Below, one piece after another: positions 1-9,873 of a stretch of 64,000 bases of DNA. The position numbers were made by a program, and so were the translations under genes. The DNA is taken from positions 5,797 to 69,796 of the forward strand of contig JAHDDJ010000001.1 in assembly GCA_020629385.1 (NCBI GenBank), read 5' to 3'. Source of the stretch: Erythrobacter sp. GTDB lineage: Bacteria > Pseudomonadota > Alphaproteobacteria > Sphingomonadales > Sphingomonadaceae. How positions within the stretch are numbered: position 1 is the first letter of the stretch; the number at the start of each line of letters is the position of its first letter. The notes beneath the pieces were generated by a model. The model was not told the origin of the DNA, did not search any database, and worked only from the letters and a program-made list of their open reading frames with translations.

Positions 1-312
1 CAGATAAAGGACTTCAGAAAGATCGGTTCTGCTGCCGTCGAATGCTACATGGTAGCCGCCGGCCGAGTGGATGGGTTTACCACTCTCAACATTTCACCGT
101 GGGACGTGGCTGCTGGGGTACTCGCAGTGCAAGAAGCCGGAGGCCGTGTCAGTGATTTCAATGGTAATCCATGGAACTTAAACAAGACGGATTTATTAGT
201 CTCCAACGGGGTTGTTCACGAACGAATATTAAAAGAACTTGAAAATTCGGGTGTCGTTCAAAACCCACCAAGTATGGACGCGATGGCAACGCGGTGGCAG
301 CGCAGTGAGTAA
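1..312 (+). CDS. Inositol monophosphatase family protein (SuhB-like), 5' truncated by window edge
   Basis: Frame 1 is open from base 1 (QIKDFRKIGSAAVECYMVAAGRVDG...PWDVAAG...EAGGRVSD), matching the IMPase C-terminal motifs R-x-x-GSAA and WD-x-AAG. Confidence 0.85.
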   Translation, partial: QIKDFRKIGSAAVECYMVAAGRVDGFTTLNISPWDVAAGVLAVQEAGGRVSDFNGNPWNLNKTDLLVSNGVVHERILKELENSGVVQNPPSMDAMATRWQRSE

Positions 313-1591
313 CAGTAAGAACAACGAGGCTGGCTATTACATTCTTGAGCCAAACCTTCTACCCGCTTACTTAAGCACCATCCCGAATATCAGTGATCAC
401 ATTGGGAACTGTGACGATCTATCGATTACGGAAATTGGTGACGGCAATTTAAATTACGTTTACAAAGTTAGCAGTCGGACCGATGATGCGAAAAGCATCA
501 TCGTTAAGCAAGCCGTGCCGTATCTCAGGATGGCGGGTGAAGCCTGGCCTTTAGGTCGAGAGCGGATGCTGTATGAAATTCGAGCACTGTCTGCTCACAA
601 CGACTTAGTGCCGCAATTCGTTCCTACCGTCATTCACGCTGATGAAGCAATGAGTACGGTCGTCATGCAGTGCCTGAACGAGCACATAATCCTTCGCTCA
701 GGAATGATTGAAGGTGTTGAATACCCCAACGTTGGAAGTCATATCGGGCATTTTCTCGCGGATACGTTGTTTAAAACCAGCGCGTTGTCAATGGACAGCG
801 CTAAGCGTCGGGAGATGATGCATCGTTTTACCCTCAATACAGAACTTTGTAAGCTAACCGAAGACTTCATTTTTAAATTTCCATTTCAGCCGCATGAGAG
901 TAACTACTCCAACCCGGCTACCGATCGTTGGGTAGAGGAAAACATTCATACCGACGAGAGATACAAAACTGACGTACTGCACTTCAAGCAATTATTCATC
1001 AGCAAAGCTGAGGCGTTATTACACGGTGATCTTCACAGCGGATCGGTTATGGTCAATGAACATGAAACGTTTGTTATTGATCCGGAGTTCGCTTTTTTTG
1101 GACCAATCAGTTTCGACGTGGGGAAAATAATTAGTAATTTTATCCTCTGCTGTACGGCTCACTGTGAACGCAACGGGGGCAAACACTATCAAGATTGGAT
1201 ACTGAGCCAGATCCCTGTGATCTGGAATACGTTTGAATCGCGTTTTCTCGAACTTTGGTCTGAAAAGACAGACGACTCGACCCTATCTGAAAAATCATTA
1301 CTGTCAGATAAAGGTCTTGGAGATTTCAGAACGAGGTTTCTTATAGAAACTTTACAAGACGCCATTGGTTTTGCAGCCTGCTCAATGGCCCGTCGCACAA
1401 TAGGAATAGCCGGTGTTGCAGATATCCGCGACATTGAGGATGTAGCCATACGCTCGAAATTGGAAATCGCTAACTTGAAACTGAGTAAGCATCTGATGCA
1501 AAGCAGATCAGAGATTACAGATATCGATGCTTTGAGCAGAACATTGCTTGACTTCTATTCAGAAAATTCACTGTGGGGCAAACGTGTCTAA
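305..1591 (+). CDS. mtnK: S-methyl-5-thioribose kinase family (MtnK/DrdK-type)
   Basis: Motifs EIGDGNLNYVY, VKQAVPY, LLHGDLHSGS, IDPEFAFFGP-FDVG and RRTIGIAGVAD. Likely GTG start at 305 overlaps the upstream stop (GTGAGTAA). Confidence 0.88.
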   Translation: MSNSKNNEAGYYILEPNLLPAYLSTIPNISDHIGNCDDLSITEIGDGNLNYVYKVSSRTDDAKSIIVKQAVPYLRMAGEAWPLGRERMLYEIRALSAHNDLVPQFVPTVIHADEAMSTVVMQCLNEHIILRSGMIEGVEYPNVGSHIGHFLADTLFKTSALSMDSAKRREMMHRFTLNTELCKLTEDFIFKFPFQPHESNYSNPATDRWVEENIHTDERYKTDVLHFKQLFISKAEALLHGDLHSGSVMVNEHETFVIDPEFAFFGPISFDVGKIISNFILCCTAHCERNGGKHYQDWILSQIPVIWNTFESRFLELWSEKTDDSTLSEKSLLSDKGLGDFRTRFLIETLQDAIGFAACSMARRTIGIAGVADIRDIEDVAIRSKLEIANLKLSKHLMQSRSEITDIDALSRTLLDFYSENSLWGKRV

Positions 1592-2336
1592 GCCAATTAT
1601 CGGTGTTATTCCAGCCGCAGGCAGCGGTGTACGTGCACGACCGTACACCTATGAAGTGCATAAAGGTATGTTTCTCATAGACGGTAAGCCGAACATCCAG
1701 CGGCATATCGAACTGATGCGCGACGAGATGGGCATTGATGAGATTGTAATCATCCTGGGTTACATGGGTGATTCCATAACGTCCTACTTCGAGGACGGTT
1801 CAAAATTCAACGTTCGCTTGCACTATGTTGAGAATCAGCACTTGGATAAAGGTTGGGCCTGGTCCGTGCTGCTTTCAAAGTCTTATCTGGCAGGCCGAGC
1901 AGCCTGCGTAATGCTCGCCGATGAATTTTATCTAGACTCCAACATAGGAAAGTTGGCAAGCGCTAATCTGGATGAATTCAGTGTGTACGTTCCGGTTAAG
2001 TCGGTGGAAGACCCATCAGTTATTGCCAAAAACTTCTCCGTTGAAAAAGACGGTGATCGAATTATTCGCCTGGTAGAGAACCCGGTTTCGTTACCTAACG
2101 ACCTTCTCGGGATGGCTTCTTTCCTAGTCGCCCCGACAGTGTTGGATCTATTGGAAGACGCATTTGATAAGGGCCGTAGTAGCCTGGATTTTGTGAGTTT
2201 CGTGGATGACCTAATACGTCTAGGGAGTAAAGTTGGGGCCTACGACATGTCAGGCTTTTATTTGAACTTGAATGATGTGGCTAGCTTGGAGGCTGCTCAG
2301 GATGCTGCTATAAAAAGTCGGCTTGCCGTAACTTAA
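1584..2336 (+). CDS. Sugar-phosphate nucleotidyltransferase (NTP_transferase family)
   Basis: N-terminal IPAAGSGVRARP...K signature, YFEDGSKFNV, LAD and C-terminal NLND. GTG start at 1584 overlaps the mtnK stop (GTGTCTAA). Confidence 0.85.
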   Translation: MSKPIIGVIPAAGSGVRARPYTYEVHKGMFLIDGKPNIQRHIELMRDEMGIDEIVIILGYMGDSITSYFEDGSKFNVRLHYVENQHLDKGWAWSVLLSKSYLAGRAACVMLADEFYLDSNIGKLASANLDEFSVYVPVKSVEDPSVIAKNFSVEKDGDRIIRLVENPVSLPNDLLGMASFLVAPTVLDLLEDAFDKGRSSLDFVSFVDDLIRLGSKVGAYDMSGFYLNLNDVASLEAAQDAAIKSRLAVT

Positions 2337-2829
2337 CGCGCCCCTGGCAAATTTCGAATCTCACAAAACATCATCTAATGCCAAGCGGGTTCTCGAGGAA
2401 TAAGAAGTAACTATTGTTTTCTAATTCGTCGCGGTAACTACGCAATTCACGCCGCACATCTGCTCAACAAAATTTTTTGACGCTGCGGCACTATTGAACT
2501 GACGTATTTCTGACTCAACTGTTTGTACCGTGATTCGAGGCGGAATTATGACGCCACTTTCATTTATATGACGTTACTCTCGGTTAATTGAGCAGCCGCA
2601 CAGCGTTTGATCCAACGGCATTGTCAGTAAAACCGAACGCTAAACCTGTACGACGAATCAACTGGCTCAAATTTCGCTCGAAACTGCCGTAAACAACTGT
2701 GTAGCGTTGTGGGTTACGAAGTGGTATCACGTCGACTCGCTAGTAAGATGCCTATACTTTGTGGGCTAACCACAGAGCTCTCGCAAGACGTGTGAGCTCG
2801 ACACCGCTTTTATATTTTCAGGAACAAGA

Positions 2830-4164
2830 ATGAAGATTACGATTTATGGCTCTGGGTATGTTGGGCTGGTAACTGGCTCACTCCTAGCCGATGTCGGCAA
2901 CGACGTGCTGTGCGTAGACGTGGATGAAAAGAAGGTCGCTAACCTGAAGAAAGGTGTCGTGCCGATCTTTGAGCCTGGTTTAGACGACGTGATCAAGCGT
3001 AACGTCGAAGCCAAGCGTCTGGACTTCACAACAGATATGGATGCCGCAGTGGCCCATGCTGAAGTACAGTTTATTGCGGTAGGCACACCACCGGACGAAG
3101 ACGGTTCCGCGGACATGCAGTACGTGGAAGCCGTAGCCCGCACCATCGGCAGTCGCATGACAGATAACAAAATCGTGGTCACAAAATCAACGGTCCCGGT
3201 AGGCACTGGTGATCGTGTAGAAGCCCGCTTGACCGAAGAGCTCGAAAAGCGTGGATCAGACATCACGTATTCCGTCGTTTCCAACCCGGAATTTTTGAAA
3301 GAAGGTGCCGCTATCGCCGACTTCAGAAAACCGGATCGCATCGTTGTGGGTACAGATGACGAGCATTCCAAGAACGTCATGCAGGAGCTGTATGGGCCGT
3401 TTATTCGAAACCGACCGAATAGCCTTGTGTTCATGAGCCGCCGCTCATCAGAACTGACCAAGTACGCGGCAAACTCTCTGCTTGCTACCAAAATCAGCTT
3501 TATGAACGAACTGTCAAATATTGCAGATCGTTTGGGTGCCGATATCGAAGATGTGCGCATGGGAATTGGCTCGGATCCTCGAATCGGGTATCACTTCATT
3601 TACCCGGGTTGTGGGTACGGTGGTTCGTGCTTCCCGAAAGACGTCAAAGCCCTGATCGCTACATCACGAGACGTGGACTACACAGCCCAGCTACTCACTG
3701 CGGTCGATGAAGTCAATGACCGCCAGAAGCACGTTCTGTTTGAAAAACTGATGAAGCACTTCGATGGGAACATCGAGGGCAAGACCTTCGCGGTTTGGGG
3801 ACTTTCCTTTAAACCCAATACGGATGATTTGCGAGAAGCTGCGAGTCGCGTATTGATTGAAGCCATATTGGAAGCTGGTGGTAGTGTGCGGGCGTATGAT
3901 CCTGTTGCGATGAAAGAGATGCGTCACTTTTACCCTAACGAGAAACGTATTGAGTTGTTAGGTACCGCGCAGGACTGCCTGGATGGTTCTGACGCATTGT
4001 TGATATGTACTGAGTGGCTCGAATTCCGCAGCCCGGATTATGAGGTGATCAAAAACGCGCTCAGCACCAATATCGTGATTGACGGGCGGAATTTGTATGA
4101 TCCACGGGTTATGAAGGAAGCTGGGTTGGTTTATGATTGTATTGGGCGGCCGGGTAAGACATAA
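2830..4164 (+). CDS. ugd: UDP-glucose 6-dehydrogenase
   Basis: GSGYVGL Rossmann motif, IAVGTP, KSTVPVGT, NPEFLKEG, catalytic GYGGSCFPKD, FKPNTDDLRE and DGRN. Confidence 0.96.
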   Translation: MKITIYGSGYVGLVTGSLLADVGNDVLCVDVDEKKVANLKKGVVPIFEPGLDDVIKRNVEAKRLDFTTDMDAAVAHAEVQFIAVGTPPDEDGSADMQYVEAVARTIGSRMTDNKIVVTKSTVPVGTGDRVEARLTEELEKRGSDITYSVVSNPEFLKEGAAIADFRKPDRIVVGTDDEHSKNVMQELYGPFIRNRPNSLVFMSRRSSELTKYAANSLLATKISFMNELSNIADRLGADIEDVRMGIGSDPRIGYHFIYPGCGYGGSCFPKDVKALIATSRDVDYTAQLLTAVDEVNDRQKHVLFEKLMKHFDGNIEGKTFAVWGLSFKPNTDDLREAASRVLIEAILEAGGSVRAYDPVAMKEMRHFYPNEKRIELLGTAQDCLDGSDALLICTEWLEFRSPDYEVIKNALSTNIVIDGRNLYDPRVMKEAGLVYDCIGRPGKT

Positions 4165-4227
4165 CGTTTGTGCGATTGAAGTACGCACTCTTGGTCTGGA
4201 TCACGTTTGTGACTTTCGCTGTAGTTT

Positions 4228-4261
4228 GTACGTAGGGCCTTCATACCGAAGCCCTGCGTAC
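4228..4261 (+). terminator. Stem-loop downstream of ugd (possible terminator or mRNA-stabilising hairpin)
   Basis: gtacgtagggc-cttc-atacc-gaag-ccctgcgtac forms a long imperfect inverted repeat. There is no clear U-tract. Confidence 0.4.
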
Positions 4262-4321
4262 TAGCAGAAAAACTTCTCTTAAACTGAATTTTATTTGCCT
4301 TAATTTGGGAGAATTTGTAGA

Positions 4322-5092
4322 GTGTCGGAGAGTTGGTTATTCATGTCAAAACTGTTACCAATTTTGGTAATGCCTTTGACCACATCTCTGGCCCTTCTAA
4401 TAGCTTGTTATCTCCTCCGGAGAACGCACAAAACGATCAGTCAACTTGCTGGATCTGTAGGGTTTGTATGCCTACTGTTATTCAGCACTCCAATTGTTTC
4501 GGATCGTCTGGTTATCTCGCTCGAAAGCCAGTATGTGTATGCCGAAAGCCAGGATTCCCCTCCTTTTGACATCGTTATCTTATTAAGTGGTGGGATCAAC
4601 GCTAAAGGTTTGCACAGGCCATCCACGCAGCTTGGACCAGGTGCGGACAGGCTAAGAATGGCTCACCGAATTTACATGAACAACAAAACCGACTTAATCT
4701 GGCTCGCTGGAGAGTATCCGACGGAACCCAAGGGCAAAGACTCGCCTCCACATAGCGTGGATTTACTCGAATCGTGGGGGATCCCCAAAAATGCCATCCT
4801 CGGAGAAGCGAAGAGCAGAAACACGTTTGAAAATGCTAGAGAATTTAGTAAAACCGCAGTCAGGAATGGGTGGGATTCTTTCGCGTTGATTACTTCAGCG
4901 TCTCATATGCCACGTGCCATGCAGCAGTTCCGCTCACATGGTTTAGAGCCTATCCCAATACCATCGGATCACTGGATTAAAGAATACGACTACTCAATTC
5001 TGAAATTTATTCCGCAAGCGGAGGCTCTAAACAATAGCTCTAAGGCTATTAGGGAATACTTGGGTATTCTTGTATACGCTTTGGTTAGGTAG
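4322..5092 (+). CDS. YdcF/ElyC (DUF218) family envelope protein
   Basis: Two N-terminal hydrophobic segments plus ILLSGG, SRNTFENA, LITSASHMPRA and REYLG motifs. Confidence 0.88.
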   Translation: MSESWLFMSKLLPILVMPLTTSLALLIACYLLRRTHKTISQLAGSVGFVCLLLFSTPIVSDRLVISLESQYVYAESQDSPPFDIVILLSGGINAKGLHRPSTQLGPGADRLRMAHRIYMNNKTDLIWLAGEYPTEPKGKDSPPHSVDLLESWGIPKNAILGEAKSRNTFENAREFSKTAVRNGWDSFALITSASHMPRAMQQFRSHGLEPIPIPSDHWIKEYDYSILKFIPQAEALNNSSKAIREYLGILVYALVR

Positions 5093-5128
5093 TCAGCATA
5101 GCTGACACCCCTCACGCAACTTGGGTAG

Positions 5129-5545
5129 TTAGACAGTGTAATTTGTACTGCAAGAGCCGTTTCGTGACTGTTGAAACCCGTAACCTATGCCGCCTGCATA
5201 ATGAAAGTAGTAATGCGTAGCACTCACGTCGCTGACAGTTTCGGTTACCCGTTCCCAAGAGCCAAGTGCGAGATACATATCAGAAACTTGATCAGTGCAC
5301 ACGCCCAAGTCTGTCATTGGGCCCAACAATTCTTGAAGTTCGATATTGACCTCCGCGTTAACTAACTGCGAATCCAGGTCGATACCATCATTTAGCTGCA
5401 AAGTGTTTTGATCGGTGCTATCCACGGATGCAGAGACGGTACTGGCAACTAATGGTTGATTTGGATTAGCGTGGTCAATTTCCGAAGAACAACCAACCAA
5501 AGTCAGAGCCAAAAAGAACACATATGAAATTTGAGTACGGCTCAT
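5129..5545 (-). CDS. Hypothetical lipoprotein
   Basis: ATG at 5545 has AGGAG upstream. Signal peptide MSRTQISYVFFLALTLVGC ends in an LVGC lipobox. No recognisable domain. Confidence 0.7.
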   Translation of the reverse strand: MSRTQISYVFFLALTLVGCSSEIDHANPNQPLVASTVSASVDSTDQNTLQLNDGIDLDSQLVNAEVNIELQELLGPMTDLGVCTDQVSDMYLALGSWERVTETVSDVSATHYYFHYAGGIGYGFQQSRNGSCSTNYTV

Positions 5546-5621
5546 ACCAGTCTCCTGATTCATTCAGTAAATATCGGCCGATATTTCCAAAGCTAAATAG
5601 TCAATATATTGCATCGAAAAC

Positions 5622-7631
5622 TTAATCGGACGTAGCTGGTTTCGCTGCTATTGGTGTCGATCTCGAAACTTCGGTAGCTATTTCATTGGCATACCATTGC
5701 GTGAACACTAGCACTCCCCATAATCTATAGGCCCAATTGCGCCGCCCAGCCTTATGCTCCATCCAAATACTTCTTACCTTCGATGTATTAAGGAATCCGT
5801 GTTGATTTAGGGTTTCAGCACTAAGGAGTTCTTCAGCCCATTCTTTCAATGGGCCCCGTAACCAGTCATCCAGTGGCACCCCAAATCCCACTTTAGGACG
5901 GTATATAAGATCTTTCGGAATGTACTTTTCCAACGTTTTTTTGAGCACCCACTTCTGCTCATCTTGCCTGCATTTTACATTCTCGGGTAACGACCAAGCT
6001 AACTGCATCACATCCTGATCAAGAAATGGTGTCCGGGTTTCCAATGAGATACTCATAGCAGCGCGGTCAACCTTAACGAGTATATTGTCAGGGAGATATG
6101 TCAATAGATCGTAGGCCATCATCCACTCAGAGTCTGATAGACCGGTCCCAATCGATGCACTTAGGTCGCGAGTTATATCCTTGGCAAATGAACCATTTAC
6201 AAGATCTTGAGAGTGATCCCAATGTTGATTGAGTTGGTGGTATAGCGATTTGAGATTGGGCGCGTGGAGTAACGCAGCCCCTTTTAATAATCTATCCACG
6301 TTCAAATCACGATTACCCAATCGTGGCATTCGCTCACTCAAAATTGTTAAGGATTTGTTCCAAAACCTGTATGGCACTCGCTCGACAACGGCTGCAATGA
6401 TCGCTCTAACAGGACCAGGTATTTTTCTAAACTTGTTCCAGACCGTTTTAGTGAATTCATATCTTTCATAACCATAGAACAATTCATCCGCAGCATCGCC
6501 TGACAAGGCGACCGTGACGTGTTCACGCGTTATTCGAGCGAGCATTGTCGTTGGTAAAGCGGACGGGTCTGCGAATGGCTCAGCGTAGAGAGTTGGAAGC
6601 TCTGGTACTATATTTAACGCATCTTGACCTGATACGGTAACGCTGGTGTGTGATGACCCGATATGTTTCGCAACGTTTCGGGCGAATTCCGCTTCATTGT
6701 AAGCAGGATTGTCAAATCCAATTGTAAACGTATTAATTGGAGTATCCGATTGCTCCATCATTAAGGCTGCAACCAGGGACGAATCAGTTCCCCCTGAAAG
6801 AAACGCACCTAGTGGTACGTCAGACAGCATTTGCGACTTGACCGCTCGACCAAGAGTCTGCCTGGTTTTTTCGATCAGTTGATCTTCACTTAAAGCGCTC
6901 AAACCTTTATCGACTTTTTGAAACTCTGATACCGTCGACCAATAAGCGGATTCCTCACACGTTCTACCCGCTGGGTCAACAATACAAATCGTGCCGGGTG
7001 TCACTTTAAACACCGAACGATACATCGACGCAGAACCAGGTAGATAGTTGTGCTTTAAAAAATCCGCTAATGCGTCTCGATTAATCTCGGATGTGAAATC
7101 TGGATGAGCGCGAATTGCGCTAAGCTCAGACCCGAAAAAAAATGTCTCTTTCTGCCAACCGTAATAGAGTGGTTTTTCTCCCATCCTGTCGCGCATGAGA
7201 ACGAGATTTTTCTTCTTTTTGTCCCACACAGCGGCCGCAAACATCCCGTGCACTTGTTTCAGTGTTTCTATAATTCCCCAAGCTTCAAAACCAGCCAATA
7301 GTGTTTCTGTGTCCGAATGTCCACGCCAATTGATCTCTTTGCCTTCAATTGCAAGTTTTTCACGAAGGAGCAAATGGTTATAAATCTCTCCGTTATACGT
7401 GCAAACAAAACGCCCACAATGGGACTCCATCGGTTGGGAGCCAGCATCAGTGAGGTCCATTATCGCTAATCTAGTGTGCCCCAGCCCAATGGAAGTAGAA
7501 TCCGAGTTGTCGATGGACCCATGCCACAAAGCCTGCTTATCGGGGCCGCGATGCACAAGTGCCCCGACCATGCCTTCCAACACCGTTTTCGCTGTTGTAT
7601 GGAAAGCTAGATATCCAGTTATTCCACACAT
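5622..7631 (-). CDS. asnB: Asparagine synthase (glutamine-hydrolysing)-like amidotransferase, copy 1
   Basis: True start is MCGITG at 7631 (TAATG overlap). Motifs HRGPD, RLAI, NGEIYN, LSGGTDSS, SGDAADELFYGY, KVDRAAM and RPKVGF. Confidence 0.93.
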   Translation of the reverse strand: MCGITGYLAFHTTAKTVLEGMVGALVHRGPDKQALWHGSIDNSDSTSIGLGHTRLAIMDLTDAGSQPMESHCGRFVCTYNGEIYNHLLLREKLAIEGKEINWRGHSDTETLLAGFEAWGIIETLKQVHGMFAAAVWDKKKKNLVLMRDRMGEKPLYYGWQKETFFFGSELSAIRAHPDFTSEINRDALADFLKHNYLPGSASMYRSVFKVTPGTICIVDPAGRTCEESAYWSTVSEFQKVDKGLSALSEDQLIEKTRQTLGRAVKSQMLSDVPLGAFLSGGTDSSLVAALMMEQSDTPINTFTIGFDNPAYNEAEFARNVAKHIGSSHTSVTVSGQDALNIVPELPTLYAEPFADPSALPTTMLARITREHVTVALSGDAADELFYGYERYEFTKTVWNKFRKIPGPVRAIIAAVVERVPYRFWNKSLTILSERMPRLGNRDLNVDRLLKGAALLHAPNLKSLYHQLNQHWDHSQDLVNGSFAKDITRDLSASIGTGLSDSEWMMAYDLLTYLPDNILVKVDRAAMSISLETRTPFLDQDVMQLAWSLPENVKCRQDEQKWVLKKTLEKYIPKDLIYRPKVGFGVPLDDWLRGPLKEWAEELLSAETLNQHGFLNTSKVRSIWMEHKAGRRNWAYRLWGVLVFTQWYANEIATEVSRSTPIAAKPATSD

Positions 7632-8776
7632 TATTCGCTGCTTCGTTTCATTTTTAGTTGAGTTTCCCAAATACGCTCGAATCCTTTCACCATCACCTCT
7701 ATAGAAAAGCGCTCGGAAATTACGTTTCGACAAAGCGTCGTCTTGGTGAGCCAAGCTTGCTTATCGTTGAATATGCGATGAGCATCGAATATAGCGCTCG
7801 TCAAAGCTGCAGAATCATTGCTTGGGATAATCCATCCGCTATTATTGAGAATGATTGAGGCATCCCCAACATCAGTGGCTATGCACGGGGTGCCACATAG
7901 CATGGCTTCAGCCAATACATTTGGAAATCCCTCGTCTAAACTTGGAAGCACGTGAACATCCATAGCGCAGTAGTAACGCTGAACATTATCGCTCTCACCG
8001 ACGAGTACTATGTGATCATTCAGACCAGACTCGGAAATCAGATCGCTTAGCTCTCTGTTTTCTTTATTCATGTAAGTGCCGACAAGAACCACGGTGAAAT
8101 TCATGCCCGAGCGCGCAACTGTCTTAAGCGCATCGAAAAGCAACCTATGGTTTTTTTGAGCATGCCAACGCGCAACAACACCTATCAAAAACGTACTTGG
8201 CTCTACGCCAAGCTCGCGTCGTACGAGTGTCGCCAACTCCGGTTCGCCTTTTAATGCTTGGATATCGTAACCGTTCGCTACAACACTGATTTTTTTCTCA
8301 GGGTAACCAACTTGCACATGTTCAACCTTCGCAGTTGATGCACAGCTTATAATATGATGTGGGATAACTATAGACAGCCTTCTGCACAGCTCAAAGACCA
8401 CACGCGAGCTCAATGAGTAGCGCACGTTTTTCACGTTGGTAACTCTTATCCCCCAAATTACTGGTAATGACGTAAGTACTCGGCACAATACACCACCAAG
8501 TAAATCAGAATGATACATCCATGTCTGCACCACATCAATGTCGTCTTCGCGCACGATCGAAATAAGTCGCCTTACCCCCCTCAGTGATATGCGCCCGTTG
8601 GGCATGTCAAGGTTGTCAACTTTAAAGCCCTCCGATAGCAACTGAGTTCCATAATATTCTTCTTTTGACAAACAAACGACGTGATGCTCATGATTATTGG
8701 AATTGGTGACTAATCGATAAAGAGCAGCTTCCGCTCCTCCACGCCCTAAGGTTGCGATAATGTGCAAAATCTTCAC
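7631..8776 (-). CDS. Glycosyltransferase family 4 (WbnK-like)
   Basis: GGAE, QTWMYHSD, ARWHAQKNH and PSLDEGFPNVLAEAM (EX7E). Confidence 0.92.
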   Translation of the reverse strand: MKILHIIATLGRGGAEAALYRLVTNSNNHEHHVVCLSKEEYYGTQLLSEGFKVDNLDMPNGRISLRGVRRLISIVREDDIDVVQTWMYHSDLLGGVLCRVLTSLPVIWGIRVTNVKNVRYSLSSRVVFELCRRLSIVIPHHIISCASTAKVEHVQVGYPEKKISVVANGYDIQALKGEPELATLVRRELGVEPSTFLIGVVARWHAQKNHRLLFDALKTVARSGMNFTVVLVGTYMNKENRELSDLISESGLNDHIVLVGESDNVQRYYCAMDVHVLPSLDEGFPNVLAEAMLCGTPCIATDVGDASIILNNSGWIIPSNDSAALTSAIFDAHRIFNDKQAWLTKTTLCRNVISERFSIEVMVKGFERIWETQLKMKRSSE

Positions 8777-9873
8777 AATCCACCGGCCTGTTTATAGCGG
8801 CTGACGGACTGTTCTTGATCGAAACGACTAAGCTCTCCAAACTGTGGGTCAACAGGTTTAGGTTTAGCCAACATGCGCACAAGCGCACTCGAAAGAGCTT
8901 CTACATCACCTACAGGAATTAAGGTACCCCACCGGCCGTTATCCAACAGCTCATTGGGCCCTGTTGGGCAATCTGTTGATATGATCCTCGCGCGGCACGC
9001 TAAGGCCTGTATAAGTGCATTCGGCATTCCCTCATATTTAGACGTAAGCACGAAGCAATCACATGCGGATATATATAACTCAGGATTGGCCACGTAACCG
9101 GGTAGAAAAAGCTCAACATTTTTTTCTTTGGCTTGCGCAAGCAGTTCAGACCGAAGCCCTCCTTCACCCAATATCAAAACAGCCAAACGATGTCGGTCAC
9201 GTATATCTGCCACCGCATCAATCAATACATCAAACGCTTTTTGATCAGTCAGTCTTCCGACAGCAACAACAAAGGGATTCGTCACACCCCATTCTTGTAG
9301 AGCCGCATCGACTTGTTGTTCTGCCCCAAGGTTCGGCTCTAAAAACGTAGGGTTGTAGATCGTCGTTAAGTTTTTGCGTTGAGTAATCTGTGCAGCCACT
9401 AATTCAGAAGCGAGAGCGTCAGAAACACAGACCACACAAAATGCTCGCCTGTAGGTGATTTTTGCCAGGTTTATCCATAACCAAAATTTGAAATTCGAAA
9501 CACTCTCTCGCAACATATTTAAGGAGACTGCCTCTCTAAGAACCATCCGTGCCTTTTGGCCAGATAATAAGTTGGCTACGGATGTAACAATATTTGCGTG
9601 CATCATAGTTGAATACACGACGGCGGGTTTTACTCGTTTCAGATAACGAACTAATCTTGGCAATGCGAACAGTAACCTTTCACGATCCAAATTTTCCAAT
9701 GGAATATTTTTATTAAGCTGGCACCCGGCTGGTCCGTGTCCGCAAGCTACTACAAACCGAACATCCAAACCGTCAGCATAAAACTGATTGGCTATACCAA
9801 TCATAACTTTCTCTGCGCCGCCACTGGCGAAAGACGGTAAGAAAAACACTATAGGTTTTAATTTAGTCCTCAT
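8773..9873 (-). CDS. Glycosyltransferase family 4
   Basis: GGAEKV, VGRLTDQKAF, SKYEGMPNALIQA and DCPTGPNE. Confidence 0.92.
   Translation of the reverse strand: MRTKLKPIVFFLPSFASGGAEKVMIGIANQFYADGLDVRFVVACGHGPAGCQLNKNIPLENLDRERLLFALPRLVRYLKRVKPAVVYSTMMHANIVTSVANLLSGQKARMVLREAVSLNMLRESVSNFKFWLWINLAKITYRRAFCVVCVSDALASELVAAQITQRKNLTTIYNPTFLEPNLGAEQQVDAALQEWGVTNPFVVAVGRLTDQKAFDVLIDAVADIRDRHRLAVLILGEGGLRSELLAQAKEKNVELFLPGYVANPELYISACDCFVLTSKYEGMPNALIQALACRARIISTDCPTGPNELLDNGRWGTLIPVGDVEALSSALVRMLAKPKPVDPQFGELSRFDQEQSVSRYKQAGGL

Noticed and set aside
2844-3560. 238-aa antisense ORF within ugd
   Set aside because: Shadow ORF produced by codon bias of the well-supported + strand gene. It has no motifs of its own.
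5092-5106. gtcagc-ata-gctgac hairpin between convergent genes
   Set aside because: Only a 6-bp stem with a 3-nt loop and no U-tract on either strand, too weak to call a terminator.
7632-7754. N-terminal extensions given by the ORF track (asnB1, also asnB2, mtnK, DegT 53697, methyltransferase 30937)
   Set aside because: Ntn amidotransferases need Cys at position 2, and the downstream starts have better overlap or RBS context, so I trimmed the starts.
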